Shown here: positions 26,960 to 39,900 of the stretch, piece after piece
Layout of the letters: every line of letters starts with the position of its first letter
How positions within the stretch are numbered: the stretch's first letter is position 1
Source of the DNA: Leucoraja erinacea
Taxonomy: Eukaryota
Assembly: GCF_028641065.1 (NCBI RefSeq)
Contig: NW_026576641.1
Coordinates: forward strand, 186,001 to 250,000
Direction of reading: 5' to 3'
DNA: 64,000 bases
Program-made: the position numbers and the translations under genes
The notes under the pieces: generated by a model
The model's database searches: none
Told to the model about the DNA's origin: nothing
Seen by the model: only the letters and a program-made list of their open reading frames with translations

Positions 26960-27510
26960 TAGTCTTTCCAGGTGCGGCAGAGGTTCACCTGCACCTCCTC
27001 CAGCCTCATCTATTGCATTCGCGGTCTTAGATGTCAGCTGCTCTACATCGGTGAGACCAAGCGTTGGCTTCGCCCAACACCTCCGCTCAGTTCGCAACAA
27101 CGAACCTGATCTCCTGGTGGCTCAGCACTTCAACTCCCCCTCCCATTCCCAATCCGACCTTTCTGTCCTGGGCCTCCTCCATGGCCAGAGTGAGTCCCAC
27201 CGCCAATTGGAGGAGCAGCACCACATATTTCGCTTGGGTAGTTTACACCCCAGCGGTATGAACATTGACTTGTCCAATTTCAGGTAGTCCCTGCTTTCCC
27301 CTCCCCTTCCCAGCTCTCCCTCAGCCCACTGTCTCCACCTCTTCCTTTCTTCTTCCCGACCCCCCCCACCCTCACACCAGTCTGAAGAAGGGTTACAACC
27401 CGAAACGTTGCCTATTTCCTTCGCTCCATAGATGCTGCCTCACCCGCTGAGTTTCTCCAGCATTTTTGTCTACCTTCGATTTTCCAGCATCTGCAGTTCC
27501 TTCTCAAACA
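26960..27510 (+). mobile_element. Penelope-like 3' fragment
   Basis: GIY-YIG remnant followed by the terminal repeat. Confidence 0.78.
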
Positions 27511-29856
27511 CCGAGATGGATGGTGCTGCGTGGGGTGAATCTACCAGAAATTATCAGCTGACCCAACACGGGAAGGGGTCAACGTGCAAGGTATTTTTGA
27601 CTGGTCCGTATCAGCAGTTGTTACACGCGGAGAAAATATGAACCTGCAGGAATTTGCTCAACCCACAGAGTCTCATCCCTTTGATACCAATCACCAGAGT
27701 TATTTGAGCCGGAACATCTCCCACAATCCGGACAAACATACAATAGCTTTGTGACAACAGGCTGAACCGGTCTTGCTGATCGAGTCTATGTGGGTAAACA
27801 CAAATGCTGGAGAAACTCAGCGGGTGAGGCAGCATCTCCAGAGCGAAGGAAATAGGCGACGTTTCGGGTCAAAACCCTTCTTCAGACCTGCCATATCGTA
27901 TTAAGGGGAGGTCATTTAAGACTGAGGTGAGAAAAAACGTTTTCACCCAAAGAGTTGTCAATATATGGAATTCCTTGCCCCAGGGGGCAGTGGAGGCCAA
28001 GTAACTGGATGGATTTAAGAGAGAGTTAGATAGAGCTCCAGGTGGAATCAAGGGGTATGGGTAGAAGGCAGGCACGGGTGATTGATAGGGGACGATCAGC
28101 CATGATCACAATGAATAGCGGTGCTGGCTCAAAGGGCCGAATGGCCTCCCCCTGCACCTATTTTCTATGGTTCTATGTGTTCTATTACAATGCCCCCAAT
28201 GTAATCTCCTTGGTTTTGTTGAACACGCTATCTTTCAGCCAAGACCTGTTGGGTCACCCGTTTCATAACCATAACCTCAAATCCCAATGGTACAAACACT
28301 AAATTCTTCAATTCTTCAAAAATTAATAATTACCCGCTACCCCCTTTCCCGCTTCCTCACAAGTTCATCTTATAGGATCAGAGTTAGGCCATTCGGCACA
28401 TCAAGTCTATTCCGGAATTCAATCATAGCTGATTTCTTCCCGCTAATCCCATTTTACTGCCTTTTCCTTGCAACCCTTGGCACCCGTTCAAATATAAGAA
28501 TTTGTCTATTTCTGCCTCGGATATGTCCACTGACTTGGCCTCCACAGCCCTCTGTGGCAATGAGATCCACAGATTCACCACCCTCTGACTAAATAAATTC
28601 CTCCTCATCACCTTCCTAAAGGAACGTCCTTTATTTCAAAGGCTATGATCTCTGGTCCTAGACTCTCACACCTGTCACTATTTTGGTTGACTTCACAGCT
28701 CTCTTCCTCCCAATTTCTGTCACATTAGATCTTCGGCCCAGAGACATTAGGTTAGACGAACTAGCTACCAATGTCTGACTATGGGAGTGTGTAGTGGATC
28801 ACCTGAAATGAACGGAATTGGGAGTCTGACGGGTACCACCCACTGCGTGGGGGGCAAAGAATGGGTTCTAAATAGATGAGTGAGGTACCACTTTAATCTA
28901 CTACCATGGTGAGCTCACTGCCACGCCTATATCAACAACACAAATGGCAGCCATTTTTCCCGCTGCAAAAGGCCCACCAGACCCTCCCTCACAAAGGGTC
29001 TAAATAATGGGCTAGAATATAGATGAGCAAGGTATCACTCAAAAAAATGCCATATGAACAAGTTGAGTTCGTAGAGTGCAAAATGGGTTACGCCAGACAC
29101 ATAGTCCGCTGCACTACAGGTACCAGCCACCCAAACATGGACACCATAGACCCTGCTGTCCAACTAGGCTAGCCTAGATATTGTGTGTACCAGCTAAAAC
29201 CAAGTTTAAACGATCCACCACACATTGGGGGATATAAATTGACCGTGACAGAACAAATATCTGCTGCATTGTGTCCACCAGATCCCCTAAATGGCCCCTG
29301 GGTATTTCTATCCCGGTATCTGTTCATCATTAGTTGCTTATCATTAGACTGTGGACTTCAGAGATCTGAAGAAATAGACAATAAAGAACAGGTGCAGGAG
29401 TAAGCCATTCGGCCATTCGAACCAGCACCGCCATTCAATGTGATCATGGCTGATCATCCCCAATCAGTACCCCGTTCCTGCACTTCTCCCCATATCCCCT
29501 GACTCCGCTATCTAAGAGCCCTATCTAACTCTCTCTTGAAAGTATCCAGAGAACCGGCCTCTGAGGCAGAGAATCCCACCACTCTCTGTGTGAAAAAGTG
29601 TTTCCTCGTCTCCGTTCTAAATGGCTTACCCCTTATTCTTAAAAATTTTCAGGTTTTAGATTAGACGCCCCTTGCAATCTTTACATTGAAGTATTGGGAG
29701 ATACAGCAATGATCCTTCGAGTCCGCGCCGACTACTAATCTTCAATTAACCCTATTTATTTCTTCCCGCATTCTAAAACTCTTCCCATATTCTACCATTG
29801 ACCCCACAGCGGGAAATTAAGCTCCAAAACTACACGCCTTAGAAACATAGAAAATA

Positions 29857-30561
29857 TCAATCCAAAATCTATAAAGTTTTATGCAGGAAACTAAGGAGTG
29901 TGTTATAGTTGCCTTTTGGGCTAGACATTTATCCGCCACTTGTGATAAATGTCTAGCCCAAAAGGCAACTATAACACACTCCTTAGTTTCCTGCATAAAA
30001 CTTTATAGATTTTGGATTGATATTTTTGAAATACTTACAAAATTATTCAAGACAAGAATGGAACCTAATACTGAAATGATTATATTCGGTTTAATGGAAG
30101 ATGGGAATAAATTGAACACATCTCAAAATCTATTCCTTAACTATGGTTTAATAATAGCAAAAAAATTAATACTTAAATTTTGGAAGGGTACATCAATACC
30201 AACGCTTAAAATGTGGATTGGAAGTATGTTGGACACCGCTCATCTTGAGGAAATGCGATTCCTCCTAATGGATAAATCAGACCAATTCATAATGAGTTGG
30301 TCTCCAGTCGTTTTTTTGGAATCATATGGTGCAACACAATTGTAAAAAATAGTTATTCAGGACTGGACGAGGGTTGGTCAAGACTATAAATAATTATCTC
30401 CTTTTCTTTTCACTATTTTCTCTCTCAACTTTCTTCATTCACTCGTTTTCTTTCTTCACACACTATATATTTCACATCTTTCTATCCTTTACTATCTAAC
30501 TTCTTTTTCTTATTCTCATCTTTTAAAAAAAAGAAGAATTTTTTTTTTTTTAAATAAAAAA
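29857..30561 (+). mobile_element. L1/Tx1-type LINE 3' end with 5' fold-back and TSD
   Basis: CDKC..H...C zinc knuckle, IAKKLILKFWK, pyrimidine-rich 3' UTR, A-rich tail; AGAAACATAGAAAATA at 29841-29856 and 30562-30577. Confidence 0.75.
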
Positions 30562-30673
30562 AGAAACATAGAAAATAGGTGCAGGAGTGGGCCATTCGGC
30601 CCTTCGAGCCAGCACCGCCATACAATATGATCATGGCTGATTAACCAAAATCCATACCTCAGCCGTCCCCCCC

Positions 30674-30712
<39 letters not shown>

Positions 30713-32540
30713 ATCCATTGATTCCGTTAGTCCCTAAGAGCTAAATCTAACTCTCTCTTGAAATTCCAGTGCATTGGCCTCCGCTGCCTTCTGTGGCAGA
30801 GAATTCCACAGATTCACAACTCTGTGGGTGATTTTTTCCCCTCTCCTTATCTCAGTCCCAAATGGTCTTCGGGGGTGTGCGTGGAAACAGGACCACTGGA
30901 AGAAACTCACGCGGTCACTGGAAGAACGTGCAAACTCCACATGGGCAGCATGGGATGTTGGAATTGAACTGGGCGCTCGGGTGTTGTGAGGCAGTATCTC
31001 TCTACTCGCTTCGCCACCCCCCCCCCCCCCCCCCCCAACTCGTATCACAATGTCCCAGGATTAGAGTCCGTGGAATTGTGTGTCCGTGGAATTCTCTGGC
31101 TCAGAGGGCGGTGGAGGCCGGTGAGAGAATGGAGCGGCTGGGCTTGTATATTCTGGAGTTTAGAAGGATGAGAGGGGATCTTATTGAAACATATAAGATT
31201 GTTAAGGGCTTGGACACACTAGAGACAGGAAACATGCTCCCGATATTGGGGGAGTCCAGAACCACAGTTTAAGAATAAGGAGTAAGCCATTTAGAACGGA
31301 GACGAGGAAACACTTTTTCTCACACAAAGATTTGTGAGTCTGTGGAATTCAGATGGCGACGTAGGCCGGTTCTCTGGATGCTTTCAAGAGAGAGCTAGAT
31401 AGGGCTCTTAATGATAGCGGAGTCAGGGTATATGGGGAGAAGGCAGGAACGGGGTACTGATTGGGGATGATCAGCCATGATCGCATTGAATGGCGGTGCT
31501 GGCTGGAAGGGCCAAATGGCCTCCTCCTGCACCTATAGTCTCTTGTCTCTTGTCTATTGATTACAACAAAAACCATTTAAAGTAGCAGTTTATTGAATAA
31601 AAACGTAATCAAATGACGCACCAGCATGCTGACTGTTTCTTCACGGCGGCTGTGATACAAACGTTTAATTGTCATTAAAGTTGTTAAACTCGAGGCACAT
31701 TTCAGTGGCGAAGAAATATGTGTGGTGTTCAACAATGCTACAATTCAACCTGCCGGTGCAGAACCGAGAGGTTGAGAACTGTACGGCACAAGGTAAGATG
31801 AAGGGAACCATTTGAATTCTGTTCAGGAACAATTTGCTTGTTCCGTTATCTGAACACATGGCAATTAAGCACATGTCACTCTTGCTTTCGTTCTATTAAG
31901 GTGACATTAGATCCAATCATTTACATGGAAACAGAAACATAGACAATAAGCGCATGAGGAGGCCATTCGGCCCTTCGAGCCAGCACCGCCATTTGTTGTG
32001 ATCATGGCTGATCGTCCCCAATCAATAACCAATGCCTGCCTTCTCCCCATATCTCTTGATTCCACTTGGCCTCCACTGCCCTCTGTGGCAGGGAATTCCA
32101 CAAATTCACAACTCTCTGGGTGAAAACGTTTTTTTTCTCGCCTCAGTCTTAAATGGCCTCCCCTTTATTCTAAGACTGTGGCCCCTGGTTCTGGACTTGC
32201 CCAACAATGGGAACATTTTTCCTGCATCTAGCTTGTCCAGTCCTTTTATAATTTTATATGTTTCGATAAGATTTCCCCCTCATCCTTCTAAACTCCAGTG
32301 AATACAAGCCTAGTCTTTTCAATCTTGTTCTTTTCAATTTCGTTCATTTCAGTTTTTAAAGTGACCAGTGTAACCTCCCACCATCCTCCCCACCGAACTG
32401 TGCGTTGTCTCGAAGTGAAGGCCACATTTAACAGTTAACTTCAATTATAAAGAAGGCACATTAGCGCCTCTACTTCCTGAGAAGATTACGGAGAGTCGGT
32501 TTGTCAAGGAGGACTCTCTCGAACTACTACAGGTGCACAG

Positions 32541-33795
32541 TAATAATAATAATAATAATACATTTTATTTATGGGCGCCTTTCAAGAGTCTCAAGGCCAC
32601 CTTACAAAAATTTAGCAAGTAGAGGAAAAACATGTAAGCGGAATGAAATAAATAGTAGAGACATGACTAGTACACAAAGTAAAGACAGAATTCAATTCAA
32701 AACACAATATGAGTAAATTAATGCACAGATGAAAAGGGACGGGGACGTGGGGCTAAGGATAGGCAGAGGTGAAGAGATGGGTCTTGAGGCGGGACTGGAA
32801 GATGGTGAGGGACACGGAATTGCGGATCAGTTGGGGGAGGGAGTTCCAGAGCCTGGGAGCTGCCCTGGAGAAGGCTCTGTCCCCAAAACTGCAGAGGTTG
32901 GACTTGTGGAGGGAGAGGAGACCGGCTGATGTGGATCTGAGGGACCGTGAGGGTTGGTAGGGGGAGAGGAGGTCAGTGAGATATGGGAGGGCCAGATGGT
33001 GGAGGGCTTTGTAGGTGAGGACCAGGATTTTGTAGGTGATCCGGTGGGAGATGGGAAGCCAGTGAAGTTGTTTGAGGACTGGAGTGATGTGATGCCAGGA
33101 TTTGGTGTGGGTGATGAGTCGGGCGGCTGCGTTCTGGACCAGTTGGAGTCGGTTGATGTAGGTGGAGCTGATGCCAAGGAGAAGTGAGTTGCAATAGTCC
33201 AGTCGGGAGGAGATGAAGGCATGGATGAGTCTTTCAGCAGCGGGAGGTGTGAGAGAGGGTCTGATTTTGGCGATGTTGCGGAGATGAAAGAAGGAGGTTT
33301 TAATGACATGGCGGACGTGAGGCTCAAGGGAGAGGGTGGAATCAAAGATCATGCCAAGGTTGCGGGCCTGGGGAGATGGGGACAGTGGTGCCGTCGATGG
33401 TGAGAGTGGGGTTATTGATTTTGCTGAGTGTGGATTTGGAGCCTATGAGGAGGAATTCTGTTTTATCGCTATTGAATTTGAGGAAGTTATGTTGCATCCA
33501 GGTTTTTATAGCTGACAAACAGGAGTTGATATGGGAGGGGGGATTTGGTGCCGAGGTAGATCTGGGTGTCATCGGCGTAACAGTGGAAGTCCAGGTTGAA
33601 GTGGTGGTGGAGTATCTGACCAAGGGGGAGGATGTAGATGATGAAGAGGAGGGGACCGAGTACGGAGCCTTGGGGAACGCCTTTAGTGACTGTGGCTGGA
33701 GCAGAGATGTGGTTATGGAGAGAGATACAGTGGGATCTGTTGGAAAAGTAGGAACAGAGCCAGCTGAGTGCAGAGCATGTAGACAGTGCAGAGTG
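32541..33795 (-). mobile_element. L2-clade LINE RT fragment inserted in a Rex/Babar fragment
   Basis: GVPQGSVLGPLLF, YADDTQ, RLDYCNSLL, LHWLP; (TTA)n tail. Confidence 0.85.
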
Positions 33796-34009
33796 CAGAA
33801 CAGTAGAGAGCATGCTGACCGGTTGCATCGTGGCTTGGTTCGGGCAAATTGAACGTCCAGGAGCGGAAAAGATCGGAAAAGTTGTGATCCACTGCCCAGT
33901 CCATCATCGGCTCTGACCTCGCCACCATCGAAGGGATCTATCGCAGTCTCTGCCTCAAAAAGTCTGCCAGCATCATCAAAGACCCACACCATCCTGGCCA
34001 CACACTTAT

Positions 34010-34535
34010 AGAAACATAGAAATTAGGTGCAGGAGTAGTAGGCCATTCGGCCCTTCGAGCCTGCACCGCCATTCAATATGATCATGGCTGATCATCCAAC
34101 TCAGTATCCCGTACCTGCCTTCTCTCCATACCCCCTGATCCCCTTAGCCACAAGGGCCACATCTAACTCCCTCTTAAATATAGCCAATGAACTGGCCTCA
34201 ACTACCCTCTGTGGCAGAGAGTTCCAGAGATTCACCACTCTCTGTGTGAAAAAAGTTCTTCTCATCTCGGTTTTTAAAGGATTTCCCCCCCTTATCCTTA
34301 AGCTGTGACCCCCCTTATCCTGGACTTCCCTAACATCGGGAACAATCTTCCTGCATCTAGCCTGTCCAACCCCTTAAGAATTTTGTAAGTTTCTATAAGA
34401 TCCCCTCTCAATCTCCTAAATTCTAGAGAGTATAAACCAAGTCTATCCAGTCTTTCTTCATAAGACAGTCCTGACATCCCAGGAATCAGTCTGGTGAACC
34501 GTCTCTGCACTCCCTCTATGGCTATAATGTCTCCA
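34010..34535 (-). mobile_element. CR1 LINE 3' fragment
   Basis: Near-identical to the copies at 1-290 and 16513-16990. Confidence 0.85.
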
Positions 34536-35572
34536 ATCTCTCCATTGCTATCAGGTAGAAGGTACAGGAGCCAGAAATCTGGTACATCCAGGTTCAGGAA
34601 CAACTGCTTCCCCACAGCCATCACACGACATAAAAAAAAACTGATCAATACCAGTCTATTATTACTATTACACCTTATTTGTTTATTTATTGTTTACATA
34701 TATGGTCTATGTTATATAGACACACTGAACCTTTATCTTCTGTTCTGTATTATGTTTACATATTGTGTTGTACTGCAGCAAGCAATAATTTCATTGTTCA
34801 ATCTGGCACACATGACAAAAAACATTCTTGATTCTCGTGACTTGGCATCTATGAACTCTCAAACAAAGGCGACTCTGACTGTCAAACCGGAGGCAATGTT
34901 CTGGACGAGATGAAGAGGAAATGACCGCAGGCTCGAGTCTCTAGGCCACCCGCTTCTTCCACGACACTGCTTGCTTGTTGTACTCCGGGCTGTAAAAGTC
35001 TGCAAGGGACCATGTAACAAGGCAAATGTACAGAGAATCTCAAACACGAATGGAACAAAACTCAATGCAATGTTTAGTGTGTATCTCCTTCAGCTGAAAT
35101 CTATCGAGTCCCAGAGTCGTGCAGCATGGAAACAGGCCCTTCGGCCCAACCTGTCCATGCCCACCAAGTTGGGATCCTCACAGTCATAGTCAACGCAGCA
35201 CAGAAACAGGCCCTTCGGCCCAACCTGTCCATGCCGACCAAGATGTTCTATCTAATCTAGTCCCACTTTCCCGTGTTTAGCCCATGTTCCTCAAACACTG
35301 ACCTATGCCTATCCCGGGCTGACCCTAATTACCCACTTTTGGCCCCTATCCATCTGATAAGACCGTGGCTCTTATTTTACCCCATCAATATCTACCTGTA
35401 TCAACCCCGAAACCCTTACCATGCACAACCAACACACCTCAACAGAGAGGGAACTGCAGCTGCAGGGATCTCCAGTGAAGAGCAACATGCAGGAGGAACT
35501 TGGCGGGCCAGACAGTATCTGGAGAGGAGATGTTTCGGTGGAAACCAAATAATCTTTTATATTCCCTCCATA

Positions 35573-36247
35573 NNNNNNNNNNNNNNNNNNNNNNNNNNNN
35601 NNNNNNNNNNNNNNNNNNNNNNNNNNNNNNNNNNNNNNNNNNNNNNNNNNNNNNNNNNNNNNNNNNNNNNNNNNNNNNNNNNNNNNNNNNNNNNNNNNNN
35701 NNNNNNNNNNNNNNNNNNNNNNNNNNNNNNNNNNNNNNNNNNNNNNNNNNNNNNNNNNNNNNNNNNNNNNNNNNNNNNNNNNNNNNNNNNNNNNNNNNNN
35801 NNNNNNNNNNNNNNNNNNNNNNNNNNNNNNNNNNNNNNNNNNNNNNNNNNNNNNNNNNNNNNNNNNNNNNNNNNNNNNNNNNNNNNNNNNNNNNNNNNNN
35901 NNNNNNNNNNNNNNNNNNNNNNNNNNNNNNNNNNNNNNNNNNNNNNNNNNNNNNNNNNNNNNNNNNNNNNNNNNNNNNNNNNNNNNNNNNNNNNNNNNNN
36001 NNNNNNNNNNNNNNNNNNNNNNNNNNNNNNNNNNNNNNNNNNNNNNNNNNNNNNNNNNNNNNNNNNNNNNNNNNNNNNNNNNNNNNNNNNNNNNNNNNNN
36101 NNNNNNNNNNNNNNNNNNNNNNNNNNNNNNNNNNNNNNNNNNNNNNNNNNNNNNNNNNNNNNNNNNNNNNNNNNNNNNNNNNNNNNNNNNNNNNNNNNNN
36201 NNNNNNNNNNNNNNNNNNNNNNNNNNNNNNNNNNNNNNNNNNNNNNN
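35573..36247. other. Assembly gap
   Basis: Run of N. Confidence 0.99.
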
Positions 36248-36329
36248 GCTCATTAACTTATCCCATCTACATCTCTGTGAATCACCCCTCTCTGTATCAC
36301 CCCTCACAGCTCCGGCTGCTCATGTAACC

Positions 36330-36943
36330 CTATTCTGAACCATCGGTACAGATTCTAAACGGCCGGGCTCCCAAAATGAAAGGCCAACACGCCCCACGCC
36401 ACTGACCTTTTGCGGAACAGATCCTGAGGGGCTCCGTGTTTTTCTCACCACCATTGAGACAGGGGCTGAAGAACGGGTATAGTTTCTCGGTGAAGATGTC
36501 GATGAAGGTGTGGAGGTGGGTCATGTTGTCGGCGTTGTAAAAGGACACCTGGCCCTCCTCGTAGTCCAGGTAGACTCCGATCTTCCTCGGCATCACGGTG
36601 ACGGCCAGGCGTGTGCGGGGCAGGGTGCCCGCCTTGTACTCGCTCCTTCTCAACCACACGATCCAGTAGCCGGCCTCGGGCATGGCCGTGATGTCTCCCT
36701 TCCTGTTGACCGACTCGGCCACCACTCCCAGGTCCCACTCGGTGCTGTCTCCCACCTCCACCTCCCAGTAGTGCTTGCCCGAGGTGAAACCCTCGGAGGC
36801 GAGGACGCACACACACGGGTAGAAGCGCTCCGGCGTCTCCGGCAGGAGCTGCGCCTTGTCGCCGTATCTCACGCTGGTCAGATCATCAGACAGGATGAGC
36901 CAGGAATGTGCAGTATTTGGATCCAATGTTAAGCAGGATGGAG
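36330..36943 (-). CDS. TRIM-C exon 6: B30.2/PRY-SPRY
   Basis: [60 protein letters not shown]. Confidence 0.92.
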
Positions 36944-39900
36944 CTACGAGAGAGAGAATGGGGCGAAGGAAGAAAGGAAGACATACATTAATAATGCAGT
37001 TGTACAGGGTGAGACCACACCTGGAGTATTGTGTACGGTTTTGGTCGCCTCTCCTAATCTGACGAAAGACATTCTTGCCATAGAGGGAGTACAGCGAAGG
37101 TTCACCAGACTGATTCCTGGGATGTCAGGACTTTCATGTGAAGAAAGACTGGATAGACTCGGCTTGTACTCGCTAGAATTTAGAAGATTCAGGGGGGGGG
37201 GGGGTCTTATAGAAACTTACAAAATTCTTACGGGGTTGGACAGTCTAGATACAGGAAGATTGTTCCCCATGTTGGGGAAGTCCAGAACAAGTGGGTCACA
37301 GTTTAAGGATAAGGGAGAAATCTTTTAGGACCGAGATGATAAAAACACTTTTCACACAGAGAGTGGTGAATCTGTGGAATTCTCTGCCACAGAGGTAGTT
37401 GAGGCCAGTTCATTGGCTATAGTTAAGAGGGAGTTAGATGTGGCCCTTGGGGCTAAAGGGATCAGGGGGTATGGAGAGAAGGCAGGAACAGGGTACTGAG
37501 TTGGATGATCAGATATGATCATATTGAATGGCGGTGCAGGCTCGAAGGGCCGAATGGCCTCTACTCCTGCACCTATTGTCTATGTTTCTATGTTTAAATG
37601 ATCCCTCGTGTGTCGGACAGCGTATAAAAATCATGAGAGGATCAGATCGGGCCTCTTGCCCAGAGTAGGTGAGACTACAGTGAGACCACACCTGGAGTAT
37701 TGTGTGCAGTTTTGGTTCCCTCTTTGCTCCTATACTCAACTCCTCTTGTTATAAAGGCAAATGGAGTAACTCAGCAGGTCGGGCAACACCTTGGGAGGGA
37801 ATGGCCAGACGATTTCAGATCATAGAAACATAGAAACATAGAAAATAGGTGCAGGAGTAGGCCATTCGGCCCCTCGAGCCTGCACCGCCATTCAATATGA
37901 TCATGGCTGATCATCCAACTCAGTATCCTGTTCCTGCCTTCTCTCCATACCCCCTGATCCCTATAGCCCCAAGGACGACATCTAACTCCCTATGTTCGGC
38001 ACGGACCAGAAGGGTCGAGATGGCCTGTTTCCGTGCTGTAATTGTTATATGGTTATTATATGGTTATTAAATATAGCCAATGAACTGGCCTCAACTACCT
38101 TCTGCGGCGGAGAATTCCAGAGATTCGCCGCTCTCTGTGTGAAAAAGGTTCTCCTCATCTCGGTCCTAAAAGATTTCCCCCTTATTCTTAAACTGTGACC
38201 CCTTGTTCTGGACTTCCCCGACATCGGGAACAAATGATCGGAATACAAAGCATGAGATTGCCCGACTCAATGTTCAGTTCCTCTCTACATATCAGATGGC
38301 TGTTGGCGTTTATAACTGGCCTTGCTTGATCAGCACCTTCCTGTGTAACAAATGCACCACACGAACATTTTGTTCCCTCCATATACAATGTTCATTTTTA
38401 ATCAGCGAACCTTTCCGTTACATAGTGTAGAAGGACACTCGGTCACTATCTGTGATGCTTGAATTCCAAGTGTTTCCATTGTAAAGACGTAGCATGACAT
38501 ATTTTAATTCTCAATGAGTTAAAGTAACCCTGAGAGGAAGAAAACGAGGATTACAAAGCAAGTGTAACATAGTGTTGCCTTCACTTCCTTATCATTAAAA
38601 CAGCTCACGTTCACCATAGGACAAGAGCAAGATTTGTGGAATACAAACCAAGTGTCAAATGTCACAACAGAATCGTGAGGGGCTTTATAAAAACATGAGG
38701 GGGGGGGGGGGGGGGGGGGGATAATAGAGCGAATAGATAGGGTGAATGCAAATAATATTTCATTCGTTAGGTGAATCAAGAACTCGCGGGCGTGGGTTTA
38801 AAGTGACAATAGTGGTAGGCACCTCTCGGTCACGACTGACCATGGATGTTGTTTCCTGGTCGGATGCAAGCCTGGGCGATGTCATATGGAGGACAGACAG
38901 GCTGTTGCTCATGCAGCACGTCCCCCCTCTCCACGTCGCTGATCGATCCAAAGGAACATCAGGGCCGTTACAGTTTGGCACCAGCGCCATCGCAGGAGCT
39001 GCCAGAGCGAGGTTGTAGACGATGCCTTAGGGGCTCCGACTCCGGATTTTCTCGAGGTGTACTCCTGGAGCCTTTTCCATGACTGGATGTGGCCACAAGG
39101 CAGTGGAGGTTTTAAAATCAGAGTTTTCCCTCTCCTAGATGGACCGCCTTCCCAAGCTGACGAGCCCCACCTGCCCGAGACTCGTGGGGGCGGGAGTGTC
39201 TACCTTCCTGTGTAGGTCTATAGCACCTGCCCACTGCCCACTGGTCTATAGCACTTGCCCACTGCCCACTGGTCTATAGCACCTGCCCATTGCCCACAGG
39301 TCTATAGCACCTGCCCACTGGTCTATAGCACCTGCCCATTGCCCAGAAAGTGACAGTAGACAACAGATAATAGGTGCAGGAGGAGGCCATTCGGCCCTTC
39401 GAGCCAGCACCGCCATTCAATGTGATCATGGCTGATCATCCACAATCAGTACCCCATTCCTGCCTTCTCCCCATATCCCCTGATTCCACTATCTTTAAGA
39501 GCCCTATCTAGCTCTCTCTTGAAAGTATCATGAGAACCGGCCTCCGCCGCCCACTGAGGCAGAGAATTCCACAGACTCACAACTCTCTGTGAGAAAAAGT
39601 GTTTCCTCATCTCCCGTTCAAAATGGATGACCCCTTATTCTTAAGCTGTGTGGCCCCTGGTTCTGGTCTCCCCCCAACATCGGGAACATGTTTCCTGCCT
39701 CTAACGTGTCCAAACCCTTAATAATCTTATATGTTTCAATGAGATACCCTCTCTTCCTTCTAAACTCCAGAGTATACAAGCCCAGCCGCTCCATTCTCTC
39801 AGCATATGACAGTCCCGCCATCCCGGGAATTAACCTGGTGAAATTGGATCATGTTAGATGTGGCATCGTGATCGGCATGGATGTTGTACTGAATGGCCTG

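Noticed and set aside
30667-30712. Poly-C/poly-G tracts here and elsewhere as G-quadruplex elements
   Set aside because: They lie within repeats and homopolymer lengths are unreliable in assemblies
35273-36327. Long ORFs spanning the first gap (and 56622-58135 spanning the second)
   Set aside because: Artefacts of translating N runs; only the C1 exon at 56746-57063 is real
39215-39345. CRISPR-like repeat array
   Set aside because: No unique spacers; vertebrate context; simple minisatellite
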